Shown here: positions 25,784-36,096 of the stretch, piece after piece
Layout of the letters: each line of letters begins with the position of its first letter
How positions within the stretch are numbered: position 1 is the first letter of the stretch
DNA from: Haliotis rubra
Lineage: Eukaryota
DNA: 64,000 nt
Assembly (NCBI RefSeq): GCF_003918875.1
Contig: NW_025767657.1
Span: 1,488,001-1,552,000 of the forward strand
Direction: 5' to 3'
Made by a program: the position numbers and the translations under genes
Notes under the pieces: generated by a model
Seen by the model: the letters and a program-made list of their open reading frames with translations, nothing else
What the model was told of the DNA's origin: nothing
Database searches by the model: none

Positions 25784-26923
25784 TTAAAGCAGTAAGACAG
25801 CTAAACAAATTAACGTTGTGGCAGTCATTATCAAGGTGATGACAGCAAAACAAACTCTATTCAGAGCATCTGCTGACAGCTTCCTTTTGTACCATCTTTC
25901 ATTACGCTCGTCAAGCATTAAACTGTTCACTTCACGCCCTTGCTTATTCTGACGAATGCCAGTCTCGGTGTGATACCTTTTCAAGATGGCGACGGTGGCC
26001 CAAATAGTGATGACCTTGACCAACAACATTGTGAGGAGATAGACTTTAAAGATACCAAGGGAGTCGGGTGAATGGGGTAAATCTTCGTTGATATCTGTCA
26101 GGATGACGACATAGGACAAGAAGACAGAGATGCTCAATGATATCTTCTCCCCTGATTCAGGAGGAAGGAGAAACACACCAAGATTGAGAACCGACAGCAG
26201 GAAGACAGGTAGGACGCTGGTGATCACAAAGCGGAGAGGATTCCGCTGGTAGGTATATGTGAACGAAATTTCGTTCTGAGACAAAGTTTCCCCGAAGGTA
26301 AAAGTTTTTGTTTTTAGACATTTTTCAGTTTCTTTCCATTCTCCGTGACTTTGAAACGAATTGTAGATTGACATCACTGACCCACCTTGTAAAAATACTT
26401 CATTGTTGCTGGACATCCATTGAATAAGCCGCACGTCACATGTCTGCGAATCGATGGGAAACTTGCTCATGTCCATGGAACATTTTGTAATCTGTCTCAT
26501 TGTCCGGTACCATGTTACGAAGCCCGTGTTCCTGACAGACACGATTCCTTTCGCGTCTGACAGTAACTGGTAGTTATCAACGCTATTTGACACAACCAGA
26601 TCTGGAGTCCAAACATGTTGTAGAGGAAGTTTAATTTCCTGAATTCCGTCATGATCAGAGGTATTCCACACGAGCCATTCATCATACCACGTGATGTTGA
26701 AAGTCCCAAAAGAGATTAAAGTTTCACTAGCTTCATTGAGGTCTTCTACGGAGAACATTGAAAAGTCTACCGTCACGTTTGTAGTTACTCTTGAGTTTTT
26801 GATAGGTCGAATGTGTGGCTTGTAGCCTTCAGTGACTGTTTCATGTAACTTGTACAAAGGGGACACCTTATGTCCAAATATCATGCCAAGGGGATATAGC
26901 AGGACAAAGAGATTCAGAAACAT
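25784..26923 (-). CDS. Cys-loop nAChR-like subunit, copy C (379 aa), recent tandem duplicate of B
   Basis: Near-identical to B with a short deletion in the M3-M4 loop; Cys loop CSMDMSKFPIDSQTC. Confidence 0.95.
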   Translation of the reverse strand: MFLNLFVLLYPLGMIFGHKVSPLYKLHETVTEGYKPHIRPIKNSRVTTNVTVDFSMFSVEDLNEASETLISFGTFNITWYDEWLVWNTSDHDGIQEIKLPLQHVWTPDLVVSNSVDNYQLLSDAKGIVSVRNTGFVTWYRTMRQITKCSMDMSKFPIDSQTCDVRLIQWMSSNNEVFLQGGSVMSIYNSFQSHGEWKETEKCLKTKTFTFGETLSQNEISFTYTYQRNPLRFVITSVLPVFLLSVLNLGVFLLPPESGEKISLSISVFLSYVVILTDINEDLPHSPDSLGIFKVYLLTMLLVKVITIWATVAILKRYHTETGIRQNKQGREVNSLMLDERNERWYKRKLSADALNRVCFAVITLIMTATTLICLAVLLL

Positions 26924-28060
26924 GCTGGATACAGCTTCCTAAGAGTTAGTTTAATGTATTAATTCACTGGAGTATCATTAAAGCTTTTTCTGTGCAGTTG
27001 GTACATCCAGTGAAAATAACGTCTCACCTTCAGGCTGTTGCCTCCTGCTGAAGAGACACTGTTGGGTGGATTTACTTAATTTCTTTGGATATGCGCCGTC
27101 CTTTCCTCACGGCGACTATAAGTCAAGATGTTCGCTTGCTTGCTTTAAAACTGGAAGGATAAAACAGTTGATCAGTGCTTTGAGCAAAAGGAGTCGAGAC
27201 AACCCGTCCCTGAAAAAGCTTAAACTACTTTGGTGGAATAATGTGTTGCAGACCTGGTAATGGTAAAACAATGAAAACCTATCGTGAGAACGTAACCAAT
27301 ATCCGTGTAGGTATTTTCAGTGGGAAGTATACGATTACCCTGCCAAAGGGAATGTTTGATGAACACTATTAGACTATTGATTATTTTACCATTGTTTAAC
27401 ATAAAACATAGAACCATTAGCTTCCTTTTAAGTGCTCTACAACTGGTCAGAAAAACGCCAACCTTTTCGCAAAAGGCTAGTGTCATCAGCACTTGAGAGT
27501 AAGTTACACACAGTCGCTCAATCGACTGAACTTTTAGCACAGATTGTTGTGACTATGAAAAGGATTTTGTCTTCTTTATTATGGTGATTATAAATATACT
27601 TTTTGTGCCTTTTTTCATAGGATGCCTTATGTTTGGTTAACTATCGGAAAATCATATTGATGAACGCACATTCCATTTAACCGTTACATCATAGGGATAT
27701 TGGTGTTCAGAACACAGTCCAGGTTCTGGTTGTATTTTGTGCATGACATGTGGTAGTAACCAACTGTAAATGGGTCCAAACACCTGTCGCTGTTGAATAG
27801 TTATTACCCTGTGAGTTTTCCCGATTGGACGATATACGCTTAGGTGCTGACTAGTTGTAAATTTTGGTCAATACCTGAACTAATTACCGAAACTGACTTT
27901 GGTAAATAGTTATGAGATCAGTTCTGCCGCGATTCCAAAAGGTGTCGCATACATCTTTACATACATAATCTCGACATCATACCTCATTCTCGACATCATA
28001 AACATGTATGGACCGTCAAAAAAGCAGTTCAATATTATGAGACGAGAAACGAACCTACTG

Positions 28061-28418
28061 TATCGCATCACACTTGTGGCCACGCCCCCTCACAGCATGG
28101 GCTGGCTAAGGGAAGTAACTCTGTCAATACTAGATACTGTCCGGTATCGCACCACGAATGTCCCAATGGGGGCCACGACCCCTCACAGCATGGGCTGGCT
28201 AAAGGAAGTAACTCTGTCAATACTAGATACTGTCCGGTATCGCACCACACTTGTCCCAATGGGGGCCACGCCCCCTCACAGCATGGGCTGGCTAAGGGAA
28301 GTAACTCTGTCAATACTAGATACTGTCCGGTATCGCACCACACGTGTCCCAATGGGGGCCACGACCCCTCACAGCATGGGCTGGCTAAGGGAAGTAACTC
28401 TGTCAATACTAGATACTG
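28061..28418. repeat. 93-bp tandem repeat, ~3.7 copies
   Basis: CACG(C/A)CCCCTCACAGC recurs at 28081, 28174, 28267 and 28360. Confidence 0.95.
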
Positions 28419-30013
28419 CTAAATAATTAAGCTATTAAAACAACTAGTTACAATACTTTTTAAGAACTGAAGCTTGGGTTTATTTAGGTGAACTTACAAA
28501 AGAACTATCAAAACATTCTTTTTGACAGATTTTAGTTTACTACACACTCATTTCCAAAGACGTGTTTGAAAATGAAAAATCTGATGTTTACACCTGACAC
28601 CGTTCATAATGATAAATAAAAGCATGAGACGCTAAATAACACCTTGACGTTTCATTGGTCTTTTATGAGGGAGTCTACATACATCAAATATCACGGAAAC
28701 TGCAGGCAGGGAAACAAACAAGGACCTGCTTTGTCGGCCTGTGGAAGATTTGTGCATTGATTGGTTTATGAAATATCATTTTATCATATATTGAATGCCA
28801 AGTGATTGTAAATAGTCGACTCTGGACCAGACCTGAGTCCCCTGATTAATATCGTGAGCATCGACATACACAATTGGGATTCATGGACATTCATCAAGAC
28901 TTCGTTAAGCAAACATGAGTTGTTGAAGACCAATTTAAAACCCGGATCTTCAGAGATCCGATGCCCCCATCGATGTAAGTTTGGTACGATATCGACTTTA
29001 TCCTGATATTTGTTTTATGTTTATCAGTATCCCCTATGCGTTTACTGATGAAGAGTCGGACTCGCCACTGTCGGCGCAGATATTTGGCATGGGTGATAGG
29101 ATTGCGTCCTCCCAGATGAGTAAGGACTTGGTCATCAAGGTCACTGGAAGCAAAAGTATTGTAAGTCCACACAGTCTCTAGTATGGGGGCAAACGTCCGT
29201 TGTTTCCGATCGCTTTCCAGATTTTATCTCTTATCGTTAGTTCTTAGCGTATGATTTTCCTTAAGCTAGTTTTAAGAAATATGTGAGTTTACTGTCCTTC
29301 ATTGACGGGGTTTTATAATTTATATGTTTTTTATCATGAATTTGGAAACTGTTTTAGACACGTAATGGCTGAAATACTGTCGATGTGACTAAAAATTTAT
29401 TATCACTCACGCACTCCATGAAAGGTTCTGCACTTTCTTTACTGTTTAATCTATATTATCCCTGTGCAGACATGTTCAAGACATCCAAACGAATAAGATC
29501 TTTACTTCAATAATTAAAGATACATACGCACCAGTTTCAAATGATTAAGGCTTTCGCTCATTTCAACAAATGTGAGCCAAACATAATGCACGAGATTTGT
29601 AAACAGTGCAAACGTATCAGAATGAACATAGTGTGCATGGATTATAAGACTAAACAAGCTACACAAATTGTCAATGTTAGAATCAATTGTCAGGTTGATG
29701 GCTGAAAACCAAACTCCATTCAGAGCCTCTGCTGTACGTTCATCATCAAGCATTGAATTGCCGCCATCAAGGCGTTCTTGGGAAGGAACAGACGACAGTT
29801 GTTGGGAGGGCATCTGAGTGTGATATCTTTTCAAGATGGCGACGGTGGCCAAAGCAGTAATCACCTTTACCAACAACATTGTGAGGAGATAGACTCTGAA
29901 GATGACAAGGCAGTCGAATGAATGGGGTGGACCTTCAGTAATATCTGTCAGGATGAGGGCATGGGACAAGAACACAGGAATACACCGTGAGATCTTACGC
30001 CCAGATTGAGGCT

Positions 30014-30168
30014 GACTGAGTTTGGCTTTACGCCGCTTTGAGCAATATTCCAGCAACATCACGGCGGGGGACACCAGAAATGGGCTTCACACGTTGTACC
30101 CATGTGGGGATTGGAACCCGGGTCTTTGGCGTGACGAGCCAACGCTTTAAGCACTAGACTAGGACTAC
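30014..30168 (-). mobile_element. Family T tRNA-SINE inserted in pseudogene D
   Basis: Reverse complement of the family T head, B box and tail. Confidence 0.85.
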
Positions 30169-30403
30169 TACTGATTGACAGCAGAGAGACAGGCAGGATG
30201 TTGGTAATGACATAGTTTAAGGGATTCCGCTGGAATGTAAATGTAAACAAAATTTCGTTCTAAGACAAAGTTTCCCCGTAGAAAGGTCAAGCATGTCCTG
30301 CTGTAGACAGGCAGGATGCTGGTAATGACATAGTTTAAGGGATTCCGCTGGAATGTAAATATAAACAAAATTTCGTTCTGAGACAAAGTTTCCCCGTAGA
30401 AAG

Positions 30404-31114
30404 GTCAAGCATGTCCTGCTTGACTGTATAGATTTTTCCATCACAAGGGATAAATATTTCAATGTCAAAACAGTGAAGGGTCTTTTTTATAGTGTTAATT
30501 ATCATTAATTTTTTTAATTTTAAAAAGAAATAGAATTACTTGATAAATTTTAATTGATGTGTTTTGTATATACACATATGTACATATATATTTTATTGTA
30601 GGTAGTTTGAATTAGCAACTTAGATTGTTAGTGTCTGTACCCTCACAGGGGGTTGAAATATTGTAAAATTATTGTCCTCCTGTGGGGGTACGGACGTCCC
30701 AAAACATTCAAGGTAAATTTCTACTAGATTTTTTAAAGCAGTATGTTTGTAATTTTGAATTATGGCTAGATTTGACTACAATCGCCAGTGGCTGAAGGGA
30801 TGGTGTAAATCCAGTTAGGGTCAATGCGGGTAGGAAAGGCACTGTAAGTCCCCATGGTCCCTAGTATGGTGATCAACCTTCAGTTCTTGGCGATCTATAG
30901 CCCATTTTTACATTGTATTGTCCAGAAATAATTTTCTACTTTTAAAGATATATGTTAACTGGTTTTAACTCAATCTGTGATAATCTAGTGGTTTTACTGT
31001 CCTTCGTTGACAGGGTTTTATATATTTTAGGTATGCATTATGAATTTAGAACTAGTTTTAGTCACGACCTGGCTGAAATATTGCCGATGTGACTTTAAAT
31101 CTCACACTCACTCA
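30404..31114 (+). mobile_element. I/Nimb LINE 3' end (ORF2 C-terminus plus 3' UTR), longest family L copy
   Basis: VKHVLLDCIDFSITRDKYFNVKTVKGLF (C-terminal zinc-knuckle region of I-clade ORF2), then the family L UTR and (CACT)n tail. Confidence 0.8.
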
Positions 31115-31329
31115 CCCCACCCCCCAACCCACGTAGATATGTGTTCTTGTTCTGATACTCTTTTCAATTTCCCTCAATTCTCTTCGTCTTTTAAAGAAAT
31201 TATCGTCTGATATCACTGATCCACCTTGTAAAAACACATCATTGTTACCAGATATCCATTGAACAATGCGCAGTCTACACGTCTGTGTGTCTAGGGGAAA
31301 CTTGCTTATGTCCATGGAGCATTGCTTAT

Positions 31330-31679
31330 GTACATTTTCCTACAATCGCCAGCGGCTGAAGGGTTGGTGTAAATCCAGCTAGGGTCCATGCAGGTAGCAA
31401 AAGTAATGTAAGTCCCCATGGTTCCTAGTATGGTGATCTACCTTCAGTTGTTGGCGATCTATAGCCCGTATTTTATATTGTATTGTCTTCTTTGATTGGA
31501 ATATTTTAGCTTTGCTCGCTAGTTTTATATTTATATCTGTGATTCTCTAGTCTTTTTACTGTCCATCGTCGACAGGTTTTAATCTTCAAAATGTTTCCAC
31601 TTTTTATTGTATGGATTGTTTTCGTCACGATATGGCTGAGATATTGCCGATGTGACGTTAAATAGTAACTCACTCACTA
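31330..31679 (+). mobile_element. Family L copy in pseudogene D
   Basis: CCTACAATCGCCAGCGGCTGAAGG...GACGTTAAA..CACTCACT. Confidence 0.85.
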
Positions 31680-32360
31680 CATCTTCTGTACAGATCAAGG
31701 TCGTCGTACATATCTAAATGGTTTGACCTTTCTCTAAATATACGGTTTCCAAACATGGTGTAGTGGCATGTAACTTCTCTGAATGTTGGCATGATCTGAA
31801 TGGTTCAACGGAGCCATTCATGTGATGTTGAAAGTCCCAAACGTGGTTGAAGTTTCACTGGCTTAATTAATCTCCTCCACAGAAAACAACATAAAGTCCA
31901 CCGTCACATTTGTGGCCATTTTCGGAGTTTTGATTGGTCGAATGTATGGATCGTAGCCTTCTCTGACTCTTTTGTGTAACTTGTAGAGAGGTGAAATCTC
32001 AGCCCCATAAAACACGCCAAGGGGATATAGCAGAACGAAAATATTCAGAAGCATACCAGGGAATGCAAACGGTGTGCATTCTGTATCTGTCTAATGAAGC
32101 AAATGTCTCACCCCCTCGCTGCTGTTGTCTGTCTCGCAGTGAACTGGTAATATAATATAATATCTATATCGTTATGCCTTATTCGGTAAATATACTGATT
32201 TACTTAATGGTTTGAATATATGCTTTGTGCATGAAAACAAAATTCAAATTCAGTTAGCTATTTACAATGACTGATGCATGTGTTTGTTAAATACTTAACG
32301 TCTATTGATTTTTCTTCGATTTCCATGTCCAGGGAGTAGACATTACACATTGAACTATTA

Positions 32361-32374
32361 GGTTCCATAGTGAC
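32361..32374 (-). promoter_or_regulatory. Decayed X-box upstream of pseudogene D
   Basis: GTCACTATGGAACC, one mismatch to the copy A/E motif, at the homologous position. Confidence 0.4.
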
Positions 32375-32839
32375 TGGATTGTCTATCTGACTGGGCCATC
32401 CGTTTGAGTATCGTTTGTGAATGTAATAGTGTGCTCCATATCAGAATATAAGGATATGTTCGAAAAATGACTTTTTGTGGGTGTGTTTGTAAAGTGGCCA
32501 CATCAGGGCAGTTGTCAGTTGAGTACCTGCGGAGATGTACGTTCCAAATGCCTATAAAAGCTCTTCGTTTCATCAATAATGTCATCGTCATCAATCAGAA
32601 ACATCTCCATTTGGCCTTTCGATATGAATCAGTACTTTTCTTACAAAATGTATATTTTCAAGACTACAAATGATACCCATCTATTTTCAAAGTTCAATCC
32701 ACCTCGATCTGGACTCTTTTGGGCCATAAAACATTGCAAATGTTACTCTTTAACTAAACATTAATATTTACAAATCCAAACTCCGATGCATTGAAACACA
32801 CACACACACCCCACCCCCACCCCACCCACCCCCACCCCC

Positions 32840-34468
32840 AAATAAAAATAAAAATCGAGAAAACGGCCACCGCGCTGGAGAGAACGGCCTCCGAACCAAC
32901 AAGAGAAAACGGCCTCTGTGCCCAGAGAAAAGGCCAACATAGTTGCATCAAAGGAGATTATATGATTATATATATCCATATTAATAGAGATTTACTTCAT
33001 TGCGGATAAGCTTATAAAAATTTATTGATTGGGTTTTTTTACTCTCAATATGCATAACGGTTTAACCTTTGAAGATTAATTGGTTGTTTTGATTGTTACG
33101 ATCAACAAACCAATTTGATTGATTGTAGATTTTACAGGTAAGATTAGTTGATGATAGAGAAAAAAGATAATAACGTAGTGTTTATATTGACGAGCGGATT
33201 AGTAGTACTAATTCCAACCTTTGTCCTTGTAGTTCTGCCATGGTCCTCTAGTATGTTGATCTACCTTCGGTTGTTGGCAGTCTATAGCCAGTTTTATATT
33301 GTATTGTCACCTATAGTTTAAATGTTTTAAATTTAATCTATAGTTTTAAATTTATATCGGCTATAAACAAGTTGTTTTACTTTCCATCGGTGACAGGTGT
33401 TTTTAATTTACCTTTAATTATCATGAAATTATAACTTGTTTTTGGCCACGATATGGCTGAAATATTGCCGGTGTGACTTAAAATTCAGGTGAAGATATCC
33501 AATCACCCCGCTACTCCCTGTGTACTGACTGACATGAAAGTGAGAAAACAGGTTAATAAAAGAATTAATAGATCATCTTATCGTACCATTCACTGCCAAC
33601 CACTGAGTAATGATAGCATCTTCTCATGTTTATTCAATAATTAATTGTTGACGGGTGAAGGCGCAAGCCCGAAATAATCCTTTCCGGTCTGCTGCCGCTA
33701 TTATTAAGGAGGTGATGACAGACACGCCTGACCCTGATCAGCCAACCCGCCCCCATTTATGTCACTTTCAGGAAGAATTGAAATACTGTTATTCGATAGA
33801 TAGAGTTCTTATTTATTCTAGGTATCTCTTTAGTAAACGTATCACCATTTTTTATTATCAAAAACAAGAAACTATTCAAAAACATAGTATTATAATATAT
33901 TTTGCATTGTTCAGAGAGTGAGTGAGTGAGTGAGTTTAGTTTTACGCCGCACTCAGCAATATTCCAGCTATGTGGCGGCGGTCTGTAAATAATCGAGTCT
34001 GGACCAGACAATCCAGTGATCAACAGCATGAGCATCGATCAATTGGGAACCGATGACATGTGTCAACCAAGTCAGCGAGCCTGACAACCCAATCCCGTTA
34101 TTCGCCTTTTACGACAAGCATGGACGCCTTTTATGACAAGAATGGGTTGCTGAAGACCTATTCTACCCCGGATCTTCACGGGTCTGTTCAGAGAGAAACA
34201 AATGAAGAGTTGTAAATAAATAATGCATTAATACTTAAATAGATTTACAACCTCAAACTTGGCCATGACTATGTTATCATCGATGTTGCCTCCTCAATAT
34301 GATATTGATTTAGAGATGAATAAAAGTAAAACAAAATACATGAGTTTTTTTTGTTCTACATAATGACGGTTTTCTCTAGGCCCAGAGGCCGTTTTCTCCA
34401 GCAGCGTTGGCCGTTTTCTCGAATTTTGTTTTGGCCGTTTTCGCTTGGGTCCGTTTTCACTATAACCC
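32840..34468. mobile_element. Degraded MULE-like element with inverted subterminal repeats
   Basis: Left GAGAAAACGGCC arrays are inverted relative to right GGCCGTTTTCTC arrays; short internal fragment VKAQARNNPFRSAAAII; hosts family L and family S insertions. Confidence 0.55.
33919..34184 (-). mobile_element. Family S copy, full length
   Basis: 11-bp TSD TGTTCAGAGAG at 33908-33918 and 34185-34195; 5' end GACCCGTGAAGATCC. Confidence 0.92.
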
Positions 34469-34793
34469 GTTGCGCTGGGAACGAGCTCCTGATATTCCAG
34501 CCTGGTTGGTCAAGTGAAGGTATAATTTGATGTTGTGAAGGTACACGATTTCATTTGGTATCAAGGGTTGTTTTTCAAATGGTAAAACCTTGGTGCATGT
34601 TGGGACAGTACTGCCTGGTTTTCACATTAAAGGTAGTAAGTTGTTGTTATTTATATGTTAATGTTTTGGTGCCGTGGAGTTAGCCTATTGATAAAATCGT
34701 TCCCTTGGTACTTCCCAGTACCGAGTATAAGTGACAAACTATGTACTCAAAACTTAGTACGGAAACGTTTACTCCACCATGTTATTTCATATA

Positions 34794-36094
34794 CACTCTC
34801 TCAAAAAAAGAAACGCAACCCCTATCTAAATATCTGACATCATTTCTAGAATAAAGATGGTGAATGTAAATTAGAATTTTCTTCAAAATACTGTTAATAC
34901 GTTCCCATCTGATCAGTATAAGCTCCCAAACGGAACCATTTTCACACATGATGACCTTTGTATCCGTGTTATTTGAGAAAGTGCGAAATTGTCATGTACA
35001 AAATGCTAAAAGCCTGTTGCCCGTGCAAATCGTTGAAAACACAGTTCATGTAGAGGGTTTTAAAAGCACGCAAATCGTACAGCAAATCGAAATATTGCCA
35101 TTGGTCGCATTGAGGCCGTGGAAAGCTTTGGAACAGTTGCCCGTCATCTAAACGTACACAAAACAACAATCTCACGACTTTGGAATCGTTACACACAGTT
35201 CCATGCAATTGAAGATCGTCCCAGGAGCGGTAGACCTAGGATCACCACACCGGCTCAGGATCGCTTTATTCGACTCAGCCACCTACGTAATCGGCATGCC
35301 ACACCCACCATCACTGCAACACAGGTGCCAGGTTTGAGGAGAGTATCGGCCCAAACCATCAGGAACCGTTTACATGAGGCAAATTTACGTGCAAGAAGAC
35401 CAGTTGTTGGGCCCGTCTTGAAACGCCAACATCGACGCCAACGTCTCAGGTGGTGTACTAACGTAAGGAGATGGACCCTAAGAAACTGGAGAAGAGTCTG
35501 GTTTAGTGACGAGTCTCGTTTTCTTCTTCAACGACGTGACGGTAGACAACGTGTCTATAGACGAGCAAATGAACGTTTTGCACCGAACTGCGTTCGACAG
35601 GTCGACAGATTTGGAGGAGGAAGCATCATGGTATGGGGAGCCATGTCTTACAACCAACGGTCAAACTTGGTCATCATTCGTGGCAATTTGACGGCACAAC
35701 GGTACATTGATGACGTCTTACAGCCACATCTTCTGCCGATAATCGACCAACAGAGGGAGTTGTTTCAACATGACAATGCCCGCCCTCATACAGCTCGTGC
35801 AACAGTGGCATTCCTACAGAATTCCGCCGTCTCATTCGTTCTGTTCCGAGGAGGTGCACTGCTGTGATTAGAGCTCGTGGCTCTACAACGAGATACTGAA
35901 GACAACGCCCCCTAGCGTAAATTGAGAGTTCGATACTGACCTGCATTAACTGTTACCTTATACCGTGCTGACCTAAGGTTCACCATGTCAAATTTCATGG
36001 CATTATCTTTAAAAATACAAATGTAATAACCAGTTAAAATTGATATAAACATTACCAAAAAAAACAGGGGTTGCGTTTCTTTTTTGAGAGAGTG
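34794..36094 (+). mobile_element. Tc1/mariner element with both TIRs and an internally deleted transposase (ORF 35118-35867)
   Basis: ~30-bp TIR CACTCTCTCAAAAAAAGAAACGCAACCCCT flanked by TA on both sides; HTH, GRPR, WFSDESRF, FQHDNARPH; the SPDLNPIE segment is deleted. Confidence 0.95.
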
Positions 36095-36096
36095 TA

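Larger units (their letters stand above)
29640..32054 (-). pseudogene. nAChR-like pseudogene, copy D, fragmented by insertions, deletions and an internal duplication
   Basis: MLLNIFVLLYPLG...FSVEEIN* (32054-31863); HHVWKP (~31745); MDISKFPLDTQTC...IEKSIRT (31315-31115); FTFQRNPL duplicated (30187-30420); M2-M4 remnant (30009-29640). Confidence 0.92.

Noticed and set aside
28061-28418. 93-bp repeat as a retrozyme or HDV-like ribozyme (GGGGGCCAC start resembles CPEB3)
   Set aside because: No CUGANGA/GAAA hammerhead core and no nested double pseudoknot could be built
27899-28426. ORFs with 31-aa repeats on both strands
   Set aside because: Consequence of a 93-bp (multiple of 3) tandem repeat; no coding evidence
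29045-29070. CTGATGA followed by a hairpin (hammerhead-like)
   Set aside because: The required GAAA and stem III/NUH elements are absent
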